Assembly (NCBI RefSeq): GCF_036321535.1 | Contig: NC_087472.1 | Location: 98,892,001 to 98,956,000 of the forward strand | DNA: 64,000 bases | Origin: Camelus dromedarius | Taxonomy: Eukaryota | Reading direction: 5' to 3' | Shown here: piece after piece, positions 13,450-26,630 of the stretch | Layout of the letters: the number at the start of each line of letters is the position of its first letter | Numbering within the stretch: the first letter of the stretch is position 1 | Notes under the pieces: model-generated | Told to the model about the DNA's origin: nothing | The model's database searches: none | The model's input: the letters and a program-made list of their open reading frames with translations, nothing else | Program-made: the position numbers and the translations under genes

Positions 13450-14599
13450 TTTGTGCCCAAGAAATCAATGTCCCCTACAGAAAAGCAATGTTTGTCTGGG
13501 TCATAATTACAGCTGTTTGCCTCTCTCTCCCTGGGAGGTCTCCCATTACTGTTAGTTCATACCTCATTCTAGCCTTTGCTGATACTTCAGTGTTGCCAGT
13601 ACAGTATTTGAGCCTTAAATTTGTTCTGAACGTTTTTTTTTTTTTTTTTTAATCTAGAGCTATACACTTGCTATTTGGAATTGTACTTATTTTGTAAGAA
13701 CAGAAGAAAACTTCAAAATAGTAACTGACCTGAAAACATTATATATTTTAAAAAAACAGAGACTGTATGGGTATAATAATCTTAGAGCAAACTTGTGTGT
13801 TTTGTCAGGTTGAGGTTAATGGCATTTACGAAAAATGCCATTAAATCACTTTAAATCTTATTCTAGGCTTGTCTCTCTAGCTCTTGTTACCTCAATTAAG
13901 TCAGCGCACTTCTGTTTTCATGTAAGCTCTAACTCAGGCCTCTGTGGGGTGATTTGATGTGTACAAAGAAAGGCCTCATTCACCCAAAATACCTCACCAA
14001 CCAGGGTCCTGAAGTGGAGAAAGGAAGAAACCTTTTCTGGAGCACTAGAGACACCTCAAGATAAACTTTTACAGTTTCTAAATTTTGACTGGAGTCAGTT
14101 TCAGGGTTTATGGGGAATGGACATAAAAACTTGCCTTTAAACTTATTTGGAGAATAAGGCATTGTTTGTGAGATGACTTGAGTCCTTTGGAAAGAAAGCA
14201 CATTAGGGCAGGAGGAAGATTCTCAATACACAGTCACCTTTAACATTGAGGTGGAAAGTTTTTTGTCCTGGGAGGACAGGGTGCAGCTTTCCCCAAATGT
14301 AACAAAGTAGGCCTGGCAAACCTCAAGTGGCTGTTCTGCTTCTGCAACCTCTGGGTGAATGCTGGGGAAGACATTGTGCTGTTTAGATGGGCTTCTAATG
14401 GACTCCATGAAATCACAGTTTTCAATGACTATGTAAGTGCATTGTCATAGTAAAACATTGAATCTATACTTGATTGGCTTCCAGGCTTTTCATATTTTAA
14501 TCCAGCTTCCCATCCCCAGTCTTCATGTGATTTCATGCCATGCCATGCCATCCCATTCTATCATATTTGATTCCCTTTCATTTCATCCAATCCCAATTC

Positions 14600-14950
14600 A
14601 TTCAGCTACTTTCCACAACCAATGAATATCAACTCTGTACAAAGCATTATTGGGTGCTCTGAGATGGAAGGTGAATTAGATTTTATAACAACATAGAATC
14701 CCATTGGAGAGACCAGCTCATACATATGAAACAAATACTAAATAACACAAAGCCACATGTAATTAAGTGAGCACTTGTGAACATACATTCAGTATTTAAG
14801 AGAAGGGAAATGTAGGCTTAGGTGATCAGAGATGGCTTCAGGGAAAAGATGGGCTTGAACTCAGACCTGATGGATGAAGAGGTTTTACAAAAACAGAGGA
14901 CTAGAAGGATTTTCTGAATAAGGGAGGTGATGGGTAAGGAAGCTGAGGTG
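14600..14950 (-). mobile_element. Decayed L2 fragment
   Basis: Antisense L2-like motifs (GATCAGAGATGGCTTCAGGG, CTTGAACTCAGACCTGATGGATGA). Confidence 0.45.
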
Positions 14951-16624
14951 GAATCATTTTGTCGCTATCTTCATATGCTTGCCTCAGCTCATAAAATTGT
15001 AGCATGTTCTCTTGTGGGAGTATTGAAGAGAATGTTTCAATTGTCCTTTACTCCTCTCACACAGTGTTCTATGTGGGAACAGAAATTATTTACCTGAGTG
15101 GTGGGATGATTAGACTATGACAGCCTTGAGTCCATTCTTGTCTAAAGGACAGCACTGATGGATTAGAGATCACTGACATTTTTCTCTTGGCCCATCTGTG
15201 CTTGTTAAGATGTGAGAAAGTCCAGGTTCTCCTAAGTGTCTAGCTAAGGGTCTCCTCGGCAGATTCAGTTCCCTTTGTGTGGCTTGCAAGGTGTGGACTT
15301 GAGGTAAAGAAGTAGCAAGTCCATTCTGGCTTCACACCTGAGCTACAGTCTCCAAGGCAGCTTCAGCAAAAGTGAAGTTGGTATTTTCACCCCTGTTACA
15401 TTCCTATAACCATTTAACAATTGGTTCAAAATTCAGAAGGATAGAGTATGAAAAATTATCAGTTGGAACCACAATATAAGGCAGTAATGAACCTAGAATG
15501 TTCAAGATGGGTGGAAGTGAAGGGGAGGGACAATGAAGAGAAAATACTGGCTAGCCAGAGGGCTTATGGCAGAAAAAAGGCAGTGATGTTCTGGGATAAG
15601 ATGAAAAGGGTAGACTGCAGAAGGCCTTGGCTGCCAAAATACGGATGGGAATGTTCACAGCCTAGCTGCTGTAACAGAGGTGTAAAATTAATTTCAACAC
15701 AATGAGCTCAATGCTATTATAAAGATGCTTTCAAAGAATGGAAGAGGCTAATTCTGCTTGAGAAGTGTGTGAGAAGATGCAGGAGGAGGAGAGGAGGATA
15801 AGAATGGAAGGTTTACAGAGGCGGCAGTTTCCAAAATGAGGATGGTCTAGTATGTCAGCAGCATTCCCCAACCCCCACCCCCATCTCTAATGCAGCAGCT
15901 GCTTGGCGGGCAGCAGGAGATGAGACTGAAAAGGTGGGCAGAAGAGAGGGCTAAGGAATTTGCTTTAGGTGCTGGAGGCAGGAGGAGGCCCCTGGAGTTG
16001 GTTTCATTGTACAAATTTGTACACTGCAGCGCAGCAGATTTATGAACCGTGAGAATGTATCCCCCAGGGCCAGGAACAGACACACCATTTGAAACCTGAC
16101 ATGACCTTAGCTGGCAAGAGTTCTTGGGAGAGGAACAGAGGCTGCTTTGCTATGTGTTCTACAGGCGGTAAGTATTTCTCCACTAACTGAGGCTTTCCTC
16201 AGAGGTGCTTGCCTGTTATTTCCTGCTGCTGGTACCAGGAGCTGCTCTAGAAAGAGCGCCACGTCCGTGGGGAGGCTGCAGTGAAGATACACCTTTAGCT
16301 ACACAGGATGGTGGCAGGAATTGGGAAGGGGGTTGCTTCCTAGCTTCACGACTCCAGCCACAGTTGGCTTACATTTTCCCTTTCTAGTGTTTTCCTAGCT
16401 CTCTTCATCTCATAGCTCAATTAGTGGGAAACATTGCTCAAAGTCCTTGAGCATTAACAAAAGCCTTTTCCTCTGGATGTTGAATCTGGAATTGATTTTA
16501 TAAACCTTCAGACTTGGTGATTACCTTAAAGCATCTTTAGGGGGAGACTGGAGGGTAAAACAAGACCCCTAAGCTCTGCTCACATGTCAGTTTCCTGGTG
16601 ACCACTTTATTTAGCAGGGCAGTC

Positions 16625-16805
16625 CCGGATTCCTTATCTCACTCCCCACTCTAGTACTCATTCTCTTCCAGTAGACCCTTTAATTTATTTATGTTGTTTA
16701 CTGTTTCTCTCTCACCTGAATATAAATTACCTGAAGACAGGGATTTCCCTGTTTTGTTCACTGTTGTATCCTCAGTACCTAGAACACTGTCTAGCACATA
16801 GGGAA
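16625..16805 (+). mobile_element. L2a 3' end; a tail-like piece resumes at about 17357-17392 after the LTR
   Basis: TTGTTCACTGTTGTATCCTCAGTACCTAGAACACTGTCTAGCACATAG; TATTCAATAAATATT after the LTR. Confidence 0.75.
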
Positions 16806-16841
16806 AAAATTCAACTAATATTTCTTATATTTATTTCATTT

Positions 16842-17356
16842 TGTGTGGAATTCCAGATAGGAGGTGCAGCAGGCACTGTCCCCACCTCGCACCCCCTTGG
16901 CCCCATCCCTTCCGAGCCCACAAGCCGGACTTCCGCTACCAGCACTCGCATCTCTTTGCCTAGGGGATTTCTTTGGCCATCAGACCCTGTTCTACTCTGC
17001 AGCATGTGATAAGCCAGAAGGGCAGAGAATTAGCAGTCTCATGAGGAGCTCCCAAGTAATGGCTGATTGATGGAGCTGATGAATTTAAACCCCAGCATGC
17101 CCCCTCCTTAGTTGGCATAACTCTGAGATGCATGTTCTATACTAATTCCCAGAGTTCCTCAGTGCAGTTAAACTCTAGTTGCCCACAGTGTCACTTGCTT
17201 GAAACACATGTCTTGTATTAATAGCTTTCTCTTCCTTGGCTCTCATCCCATCCCCCACTCCCTTATTAGTGTTTCCTGGGATCACCTCTCAAATAAACCA
17301 TTTGCGCTCAAATTCTTGTTTCAAAGGCTGTTCCTAGGGGAACCCAAAGTAAGATA
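16842..17356 (+). mobile_element. LTR16-family (ERVL) solo LTR
   Basis: TG start; AATAAA near the 3' end; terminal GGGGAACCCAAAGTAAGATA. Confidence 0.85.
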
Positions 17357-17624
17357 GCAAGTATTCAATAAATATTCAAATTAATTAATGATTATATTCT
17401 TATACTACTTTTTATGCCTATTGGAGTAGGCAGCAAACTGACTGTAGATAAATTTTGCCTTAAGATGTGTTTTTCTGAGTAGCAATACTTGAATACCTTC
17501 ATGTATGTTGTGTGTACTTGCATCCACCTGCTGTAGGCATTCACATGGAAATTTTGAGGTCTGGAGAGTGTATTCTGAGAGGCAACACACAGAATTGAGA
17601 AGCACAATTTAAAATGCTTTGATG

Positions 17625-18026
17625 TTATATTCATACACTGGAATATTATTTTGCAATGAAAAGAAATGAAGTATAAATTATGCTAAAACTTGGATAAACC
17701 TTGAAAACCTTATGCTAAATGAAAGAAGCTAGGCACAGAAGACCACATATTATATGATTCCATTTATATGAAATGTCCAGAATAAGGAAATCTGTAGAGA
17801 CAGAAAGTAGGTTAGTTGTTGCCTAGGGCTTTAGGGAGAAAGGGGGGGATCTGAGGGTTGATGACTAAGGGGAGTGAAATTTCTTTTGGGGGTAATGAAA
17901 ATGTTGTAAGATTGTGGCAATGGATGGACATCTCTATGAATATGTTAAAATCCATTGACTTGCATATTTTAAATGGATGAATTTTGTGGCATGTGAATTA
18001 GATCTCATTAAAACTGATCAAAAAAA
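17625..18026 (+). mobile_element. L1MB-like 3' end
   Basis: Typical 3'UTR motifs ending in an A-rich tail. Confidence 0.85.
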
Positions 18027-18249
18027 GGGCTCTGATATCTGGCACATTTGGAATCAAGTCCTTACTCTGCAATATACTTGCCGTAAATGAGCCAAATGAG
18101 CTGTACAGGTAAATGCTAAGATGGGGAAAGGATGACTTCCCCTGTGTCTGATTTCTCAGGAAAAGATGAATGGGGTTCAAATGAGGATAGAGAAGTAAGA
18201 GTGAGGGGTATTTCAATCTGGGAAGCAGAGAGAACAAGGTACAGCAATG

Positions 18250-18630
18250 AAAAATAATAGTAAAAACTTACCCTTATGGAACTCCTGCTATGCACCAGGT
18301 CCTGTACGAGGCATTTTGACTTCACTATCTTTTATTCTACAACTCTTTATTGTAGTATTATTATCTCTGTTTTGCGAAATAAGAAACCAAGGCTCAGAGG
18401 ATTAAATGATTACCCATGATCACCAAGCTAGTGAGTCCACACATAGAATCCAAGATTCAGTTCTGTCTTCATCCAAACACTACACACTTTCCATTAGTAA
18501 TTATATAGTAATCATGGTAAGTACTTGAATAGGGCTTGCTATGTGCCAGTCACAGTTCTAAGTTCTATTCCCGTGTTAGCTCATTTAAACTACACTAACA
18601 GAATGCTGGATGAAAAAATTGAAGTTAGGG
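18250..18630 (-). mobile_element. Two adjacent MIR fragments
   Basis: AAGAAACCAAGGCTCAGAGGATTAAATGA; CTATGTGCCAGTCACAGTTCTAAG. Confidence 0.7.
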
Positions 18631-19639
18631 CCAGATTAATAAAGGGATATTTGAAACAGATTTTTTTTAGCAGTTCTCTAAATTTCCTAAAATTGAAAAG
18701 TCAGATAATGCCATTATTTGTGTATGAATTAGAATTTTCCTTGGCAGAATATTATCAGAGTTATTTTCCTTTTGAAAGATAGCTGGTATGGCTAGGGAGA
18801 ACTGAAATAATAGGCTGCCTATAAATTATGAGATTAGCCAAGAAGCCATTTTGTAATATGTTTGAACTTTACCTTACAGCTAAATGGTAATACCAATGTT
18901 TACAGCGAAGGCCATACAAACAATGTTTAGGTTTTAGATGGTAAATATGTTTTAGCTCAGAAATGTGTTATGCATCAAAGATAATGTTGATCAGCAATGC
19001 CCAGTTTGAAAAATATGTTTTTATTTCTTAACTGTAGCCCCCTACGTAGTATAGAGTAAGCAGTTGAGATCTCCTCTTCCCACATTTCTACTGGGTCTTA
19101 GAATAAACTAAGCCAAGAAAATTGAGTCTCCCTAGTTCTCAACAGCCTTGTGGAAAAGGGACCAGGAAAAAGCTAGCTTTGCTCTAATGAACAGAGTTTT
19201 GGCAGTTCTGTACACTATAAAAGTCTGAGTCCTTATCGTAAACTGGGGTACAGTAGTGAGTTTTGTAGCCTTTCAGTTAGGCTCAAGCTTTGAGTCTTAA
19301 AACTCTAACCTCTGGCTCTCATAGCATGAGAAAGATGGGGGCACATGTGTTACTATCACCCTGATAGCCACATCCATCCCCAGGAGGAACAATGTCAGAA
19401 CCTAAATGAATCTTTAATCTTGGAACCAGGGCTCTGGGATTTGGTGCCATTTCTCTTTTCCTGTCTGGTCTACACATCCAAGATATATAGTCTTCCCTCC
19501 TTCTTTTAAGTACCTGATACCAAAGAGAAGTGCTGGCAAGGCTAAGGAGAATTGAAATATGATGCTGTCTGTAAATTACTGAAGTTAGCCAAGAAGCTAT
19601 TTTATAATATTTTTGAACTTTATCTTATATCCAAAAAAC

Positions 19640-19925
19640 AATCATTGAAGTTTTAAAAACATGAGACTGCCATGATATGTTCTAGAAATATGAATCTTTC
19701 TTCTAGGGGAATAATAAATTGGAAGAGATACTAGAGGAAAAAATGTAGGAATACCACTGCTGAGGTAGTATTGCAATGTCCCTAGCTTGGTAGCAAACAT
19801 TGAAAAGAAGGGCAAGATATAAGAGATAATGTGAAGGAAGAACTAGTGAGAGGACTTGTTGGGGCGAGCTTGATGAGAGAAAGGTATCAAAGATGGCTTT
19901 GAGGTTTAGAGTCTGGGAAACCATC
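19640..19925 (-). mobile_element. L2 fragment
   Basis: GAAAGGTATCAAAGATGGCTTTGAGGTTT and related antisense L2 motifs. Confidence 0.55.
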
Positions 19926-21481
19926 CTTCCATTTCCCTCTCTGCTCCAAAACAACCCCGAGGAGTGACAGCTTAACAGGTTAAGTTAGCATTTTGATATT
20001 TCCTAATGGGTGGAGAAGTTGACAAATAAACTTAATTCTTCTGAAGTCTAACATTAAAGTAAACAAACTTTGGAAGCATGTGCAATGTCCTGGTCGTCCT
20101 GGTCTGCAGCCACAAGAGACCTGTGCTGTGATTCTTCTATTCAGGGCATTCTTACAAGATGCTCTGGATGATTAGAACATTCAGAGAATGATAGAGCCAT
20201 CTCGGGAGCTAAGTTCCTTGGTGTCCAAATCATAATCCATTTGACAGCACTTTCTGAAAGGGATGATGAGAAGAATGCTCATTGTGAAATTTTAAGAACC
20301 ACATGTTCCCTTTCATGTCTTACAAAGGGGAGGATTTAGTTTATCTTTGACAATTCTCTAACTCTCTGGGGACAGGGAGTAAAAGAGAAAAAGCAATTAC
20401 TTTTATTTGCTTTTGCTTAAAAATAGATGAGTTGGAGTTTACCTAGTTGCATTTGACTACTCACACTGTCCCAGATCCTTTTTAAAAGTGATATGTGATC
20501 TCTTTATTTTTCCTTTCCTTTAGGATTTATCACAAGCCCTAAGCTCCATTACTTCTTCCTGTCTTTCTAAGAAACAAATTATTTTCTCCTTTTCTTTCTT
20601 AGTTATCAACTATAATAGAAGAGAGTATTAATTTTAACACAGTCTCCCTGAATGGTTGATATCCTTGCAGTTTCTTACTTTTAACAATGCACTTTCCTCC
20701 ATTTTCAATGTAATTTTTGTGATATTTGTAATTTTATGATGTTGAACTGGGTACTATATCATGTAAATTGCAAATCCTGCAGAAGGGAGGAAATGAGGTC
20801 TCACTTAGGAATTTACAATTAGATGAAAGGGAAAACCTTTGGAAGAAAAAGAATAGGAATAATATGTACATGAAAAGAATTAGTTTCAGAAGTGAGGGGA
20901 CAGAGGGTGTAAATCTTTTAGGTGGGGAAGGAAGACTAAAATAAAATAAATATTTTATGCCACCCCACATTTTGGGTCTCTGAGATGCCTGATATAAAGG
21001 ATCCTCCCTAGGTGTGAACACCTGTCTACTTCTATGATGTAAGCTGAAGAGTACCAAATGCTGAAGGAGGCTACAGCTCCCTTCCATACTAACTCTGGCA
21101 TTGTGCCAGGTATCTCTACTCTATTCATACCTGACAGTACTGTAATGGAGTTGGCTACTATGATGACCCAGATTCCTTGAAGTCAGGATACTAATAGTTC
21201 AGGTTATGACCATAGGTGTGGATGTCAAGTACAGAAGTCACTAGAATCAAGGGGGCAAGAAATATATAGGATAGGATGTTGGATGGGTCATCCACAAGGA
21301 CTCTGGGGCCACCCAAGTGGATGACATGATTTGGGAAAGAAAGACTGAGCTAGATGTCAAAAGTCTTTAATACATGGGAAGTTATACTAAAAAAAATAAG
21401 TTTTTAACAGTGATGATGAGGAATAAATGGTTTTATGAGAAGAGGAAGATGATGACATGAATTATGAAATGAGGGAACAGA

Positions 21482-21802
21482 GAGTTAGGGTCCTCTGGAT
21501 TTCTTTTTAAGGATTGGCTCATGAGATTGTGGGTCCTGGCAAGACTGCAATCTGTAGGACAGGCTGGCAGGCTGGAAACTCAGGCAGGAGTTGATGCTCC
21601 AGTCTTGAGGCAGAATTTCTTCTCAAGGAAACCTGTTTTTGCCTTCAGCTGATTGGATGAGGCCCACTCACAGTATCAAAGGTAATCTCCTTCACTTAAA
21701 GTCACATCTACAAAATACACGCATAGCAACCTCTACTTAGTTTTTGATTTAATAACTGGGTACTATACCTAGCCAAGTTGACACATAAAACTAATCATCA
21801 CA
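21482..21802 (-). mobile_element. MLT2 (ERVL) LTR, MLT2D-like
   Basis: GATTGGCTCATGAGATTGTGG...GATTGGATGAGGCCCACTCAC...CTAGCCAAGTTGACACATAAAACTAATCATCACA. Confidence 0.85.
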
Positions 21803-21975
21803 ATGAGGATAGGAAAACAAGGACATAGAAATAAGTTTTAGGGTTAGGAAAAAGCTGAGTATCTGTAAATATTTTTATTCTTTTAGCAGCCTTTACTCAA
21901 AGATCTCTTCTACTCCATAATTCGCTTCCTCTCTATTAACATCTGATTAGCCCCTTTCCCATTAATTCCTCCAAG

Positions 21976-24120
21976 AGGGATTTATCACTTGAATTCAAGG
22001 GTAGTTCAAAATATGAAAATTAATCAATTTGACAGCCAATATTAATAAAACAAAGGATAAAAATCACATGATTTCTCAATAGATACAATAAAAACATTTG
22101 ACAAATTTAACACCCTTTCATGATTAAAAACTCCCAACAAAGTAGGAATAGAAGGAAATTACGTCAACAAAGGCCATATATGAAAAGCCCACAGCTAATA
22201 TCATGCTCAACGGTAAAAAAAACTGAAAAGATTTTCCTCTAAGATTGGGAACAAGGTAAGGATGCACACTTTTACAACTTCTATTCAAAATAGTACTGGA
22301 AGTCCTAGCCAGAGCAAGTATGTAAGAAAAATGATAAAGAGTGTCCAAATTGGGGGAAAAAAGAAGTAAAATTATCTCTTTGCAAGATGATATGATCTTA
22401 TATGTAGAAAATGCTAAAACGCCACAAAAAACCTATTAGAAGTAATCAACTAATTCAGTAATGTTGCAGTTTACAAAGTCAACAACCAAAACTTCATTTT
22501 TATATAATAACAATGAACTATTGGAAAAGGACATTAATAGCAATTGTATTTCCTATAGCAAAAAAGAGAAAAGAATAAAATGATTAAGATTAAACTTAAC
22601 CAAAGAGGTGGAAGACTTTATAATGAAAACTATAAAACATTGCTGAAAGAAATTAAAGAAGAACCAAATAAATGGAAAGCAATCCTATGTTTATGGATTG
22701 GAAGACTTAATATTGTTAAATGTCCATACCACCCAAAGTGATCTATAGATTTAATGCTACCTATGTCAAAAATCCCATGGCATTTTTGTACAGAAATAGA
22801 AAAAAGATCCTTAAATTCATGTGGAACCACACAGGATCCCAAATAGCCAAGACAGTCTTGAGAAAGGACAAAGCCGGAGACCTCACACATTCTGATTTCA
22901 GAACATATTAAAAAGTTACAGTAATCCAACCAATATGGTACTGGCATAAAGACAGACATATATACCAGTGGAGCAAAATAGGGAGCCCAGAAATAAACCT
23001 GCACATATAAGGTGAGCTGGTGTTTGACAAGGGTGCCAAGACTACACCATGTGGGAAAGACAGGCTGTTCAACAAATGGTGTTGGGGGAACTGTATATCC
23101 AGAATGAAATTGGACCCTTACCTTATGCCATACATGAAATCAACTCAAAATGGATCAAAGACTTGAATATAAGACCTGAAACTGAAACAAAACCCATAGG
23201 AGAAAACATAAGGGATTAGCTTTAGGAAACTGGTATTGGCAATGATTTCTTGACTACAACACCAAAAGCACAGGCAACAAAAGTGAAAATAGACAAGTGG
23301 GACTACATCAAACTGAAAAGCTTCTTTACAGCAAAGGAAACAGTCAACAGAGTGAAAACGCAACCTATGGAATGGGAGAAAATAATGCAAGCCAAATATC
23401 TGATGGGGGTTGATATCCAAAAAATATAAGTAACTCCTACAACTCAATAGCAAAAAAAAAAAAAAAAAAAAAAAAAGCCAAGTAACCTGATTAAAAATGG
23501 CCAAAGGACTTCCTTAGACATTTTTCCAAAGAAGGTATACAAATGGCTAACAGATGTATCTAAAGATTGTCAACATCACTAATCAGGGAAATGCAAATCA
23601 AAAGCACAATGAGATGTCATCTCATACCTTTTAGGATGGCCATTATCAAAAACAAAACAAAATAAAACAACAATCGAAAATAAGAAGTGTTATTGAGGAT
23701 GTGGAGAAATTGGAACCTTTGTACACTGTTTGTGGGAATGTAAAAATGGCGCAGTTGTTATGGAAAACAGTAGGGAGGTTCCTTAAAGAATTAAACATAG
23801 CGTATGATCAGCTACTCCACTTCTGGGTTATTTGTCCAAAAGAATTGAAAACATAATCTTGAAGAGATCTTTGGACTTCTGGCATTACAGCATTATTTAC
23901 AATAGCCATAATGTAGAAACAACCTGAATGTCCATCAACAGATGAATGAGTAATGTGGTGTATACATACTATGAAATATTATTCAGGCTTTAAAAAGAGG
24001 GAAATCTCGTCATGTGTGACAACATGGATGAACCTTGAGTTCATTGTGCTAAGTGTAACAATTGAGTCATAGAACGACAGATACTGCACAATTCCCCTTA
24101 CATGAAGTATCTAAAATAGT
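21976..24120 (+). mobile_element. L1 (L1MA9-like) ORF2 RT to C-terminus plus partial 3'UTR, decayed (copy A)
   Basis: Continuous ORF2 similarity with frameshifts (TTTGCAAGATGATATGATCTTATATGTAGAAAA, the F-A-D-D-M RT motif region); 3'UTR cut at about 24120. Confidence 0.93.
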
Positions 24121-26630
24121 CTTCAGTATAAAAGGCTGGTTCAATATCTGAAAATCAGTCAATGTAATCCACCATATTAGTAAGGTGATGAACAAAAATA
24201 TTGTCATATCAACTGATGCAGAAAAAGCATTTGGAGAAATCTAACACTCATACATGGGGAAAAAAAAACTTTCAGCAAGTTAGGAATAGAGGGGAACTAC
24301 CTTAAACTGATAAATAGAATCCACAAAATGTCCTCAGCTAACTTCGTACTTTGTGGTGAGTGAGTGATTGCTTTTCCCCTAGGATCAGGAATGGGGCAAA
24401 GATGTTCGCTCTCACCATTCTTATTCAGCATAATACTGAATGTTCTGGCCACTGCAATTAAGCAAGAAAACAAAATAAAAGGCATACAGATTACACAGAA
24501 AGACATACAGCTGTCTCTATCTGCAGATGACATGATTGTCTATGTAGGATATCGTAAGGAATCTACAAAAACACTTCCAGTGCTAATAAGTTCAGTAATG
24601 TTGCATGATACAAGAATCAACCACATTTCTATAGATTAAAAATAAACTTATGGAAATCAAAATTAAAAGCCATTTATTATTCCTCAATGAAAATGAAATA
24701 GGTAGAAACTGGACAACAGATATAAAGGACCTATATTCTGAAAAATTACAAAATGTTTATGAAAGAACTCAAAGAAGGCCTAAATAAATGGAGAGACATA
24801 CTGTATTTGTTACCAACATGATAACTATGTTAATTCTCCTTAAATTGGTATGTAAGTTTAGTATAATTCCTAGCAAAATCCCAGTAAGGAATTTTTTAGA
24901 AAAAGACATGCTTATTTTGAAATTTATATGGAAAGCACAAGTTCTAGGATTGCTGAAAACAGTCTTGAAAAAGAAAAATTAAATGAGAAGAATTACTATA
25001 CCCAATTTAAGGTTTGCTGTATAGCTCCAGAGATACAGAAGAGTGGTACTGGTTGAGGGACAGACACATAGGTCAGTGGAACAGAGTAAAGACTCTCAAA
25101 ATAGACCCCCACACATATGCCCTACTGATTTTTGACAAAAGTTCAAAAGCAATTCAAAGGAGGAAGGATAGCCTTTTCAATAAGCAGTGCTGGAGGATTT
25201 AGACATCCATAGGCAAAAAAGCAATGAAAAAAAGAACTTGACCCAACCTTGACATTTTACACAAAAGTTAACTCCAAATGGATCACAGATTTCTTAAATG
25301 TAAAATGTAAAGCTGGATATCTTTTAGAAATAAACATAGAAGAAAATCTTTGGTATCTAAGATGAGGCAAAGACTTTTTATACTTGACACCAAAAATATG
25401 ATCCATAAAAGGAAAAGTTGATAAATTGACCCTCATCAAAATAAAACACTTTTCTCTGTGAAAAACCATGAGGGTAAAAGATATCTGCTAAAGAGTGGGA
25501 GAAAAAATTTGAAAAACACACATTTGAAAAAGGACTTGTATCCAGAATATATAAAGAACTGTCAAAACACAATAGTAAAAAACAATTCAATTAGAAAGTT
25601 AGCAAAAGACATAAAAAGACATTTCACCAAAGAAGACATACAGATGGCAAATACACATATGAAAGATGTCCAACTTCATTAGCCTTTAGGGAAATTTAAA
25701 TCAAAACCACAATGAGATATTACCACATCATATCAGAATGGCTAAAATAAAAAAAAAAAATAGTGATAACACCAAATGGTGACAGGTATGGATTGAAACT
25801 GGATCAGTCATAAATTGCTGATGGAAATATAAAATGGTTCAGTCAATCTGGAAAACAATTCAGCAGTTTTGTAAAAAATAATGAAACATATATGTAGCAT
25901 ACAACCCAGCAACTGTACTCTTGACCATTTATCCCAGAGAAATGGAAATTTATTTTTACATAAAAACCTATACACAAGTGTTCATGATAGCCTTATTTGT
26001 AATAGCCCCACACTGGAAACAACTTTGATGTCCTTCAACAGGTGAATGGTTAAACCAACTATGGTACATTCATACCATGGAATACTACTCAGCAATAAAA
26101 AGGAATGAACTACTGATACATCTTGGATGGATCTTCAGACAATTCGGTTGAGTGAAAAAAATCCAGTCTCATTAGGTTACATGCATACTGTATCATTCCA
26201 TTTATGTAGAGAACAGATTGGTAGTTGCCAGCTGTTGGAGACTGCGGCAGAGAATGGGAGGGAAGTAGGTACAGTTATAAAAGTGTATCCTTATGGTGAT
26301 CAAATAATTATGTATCTTGACTGTGGCGGTGGACCCATGAATCTACACATGTGATAAAATTGTGTAGCGCTAAATACATAGCTATATCTCTCTCTATTAA
26401 GATAGACTCACAAATGAGTGCATGTGAAACTAATAAAATCTAAATAAGATAGGTAGGTTCTATCAGTACCAATAGATACATACTGATAGGTTCTATCAAT
26501 ATCAAGATCCTTGTTGTGATATGGTGCTATAGTTATGCAGGATGTTACTACTGGGGGAAACTGGGTGAAGAGTATATGGAATCTTTCTGTATTATTTCTT
26601 ATAACTTTATTTGAATAAAATGTTTAAAAA
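24121..26630 (+). mobile_element. L1MC-like ORF2 3' half and 3'UTR
   Basis: ORF fragments FPLGSGMGQRCSLSPFLFSIILNVLA...LSADDMIVY; 3' end GGGGGAAACTGGGTGAAGAGTATATGGAATCT. Confidence 0.92.

Noticed and set aside
14530..14605. Degenerate (CCATG/CCATT)n tract
   Set aside because: Short low-complexity decay, not a satellite array.
22630..23004. Apparent paralogous proteins MQVYFWAPY... here and at 40547-40789
   Set aside because: Antisense frames of L1 ORF2; the similarity reflects DNA-level identity, reported as a finding, not a gene family.
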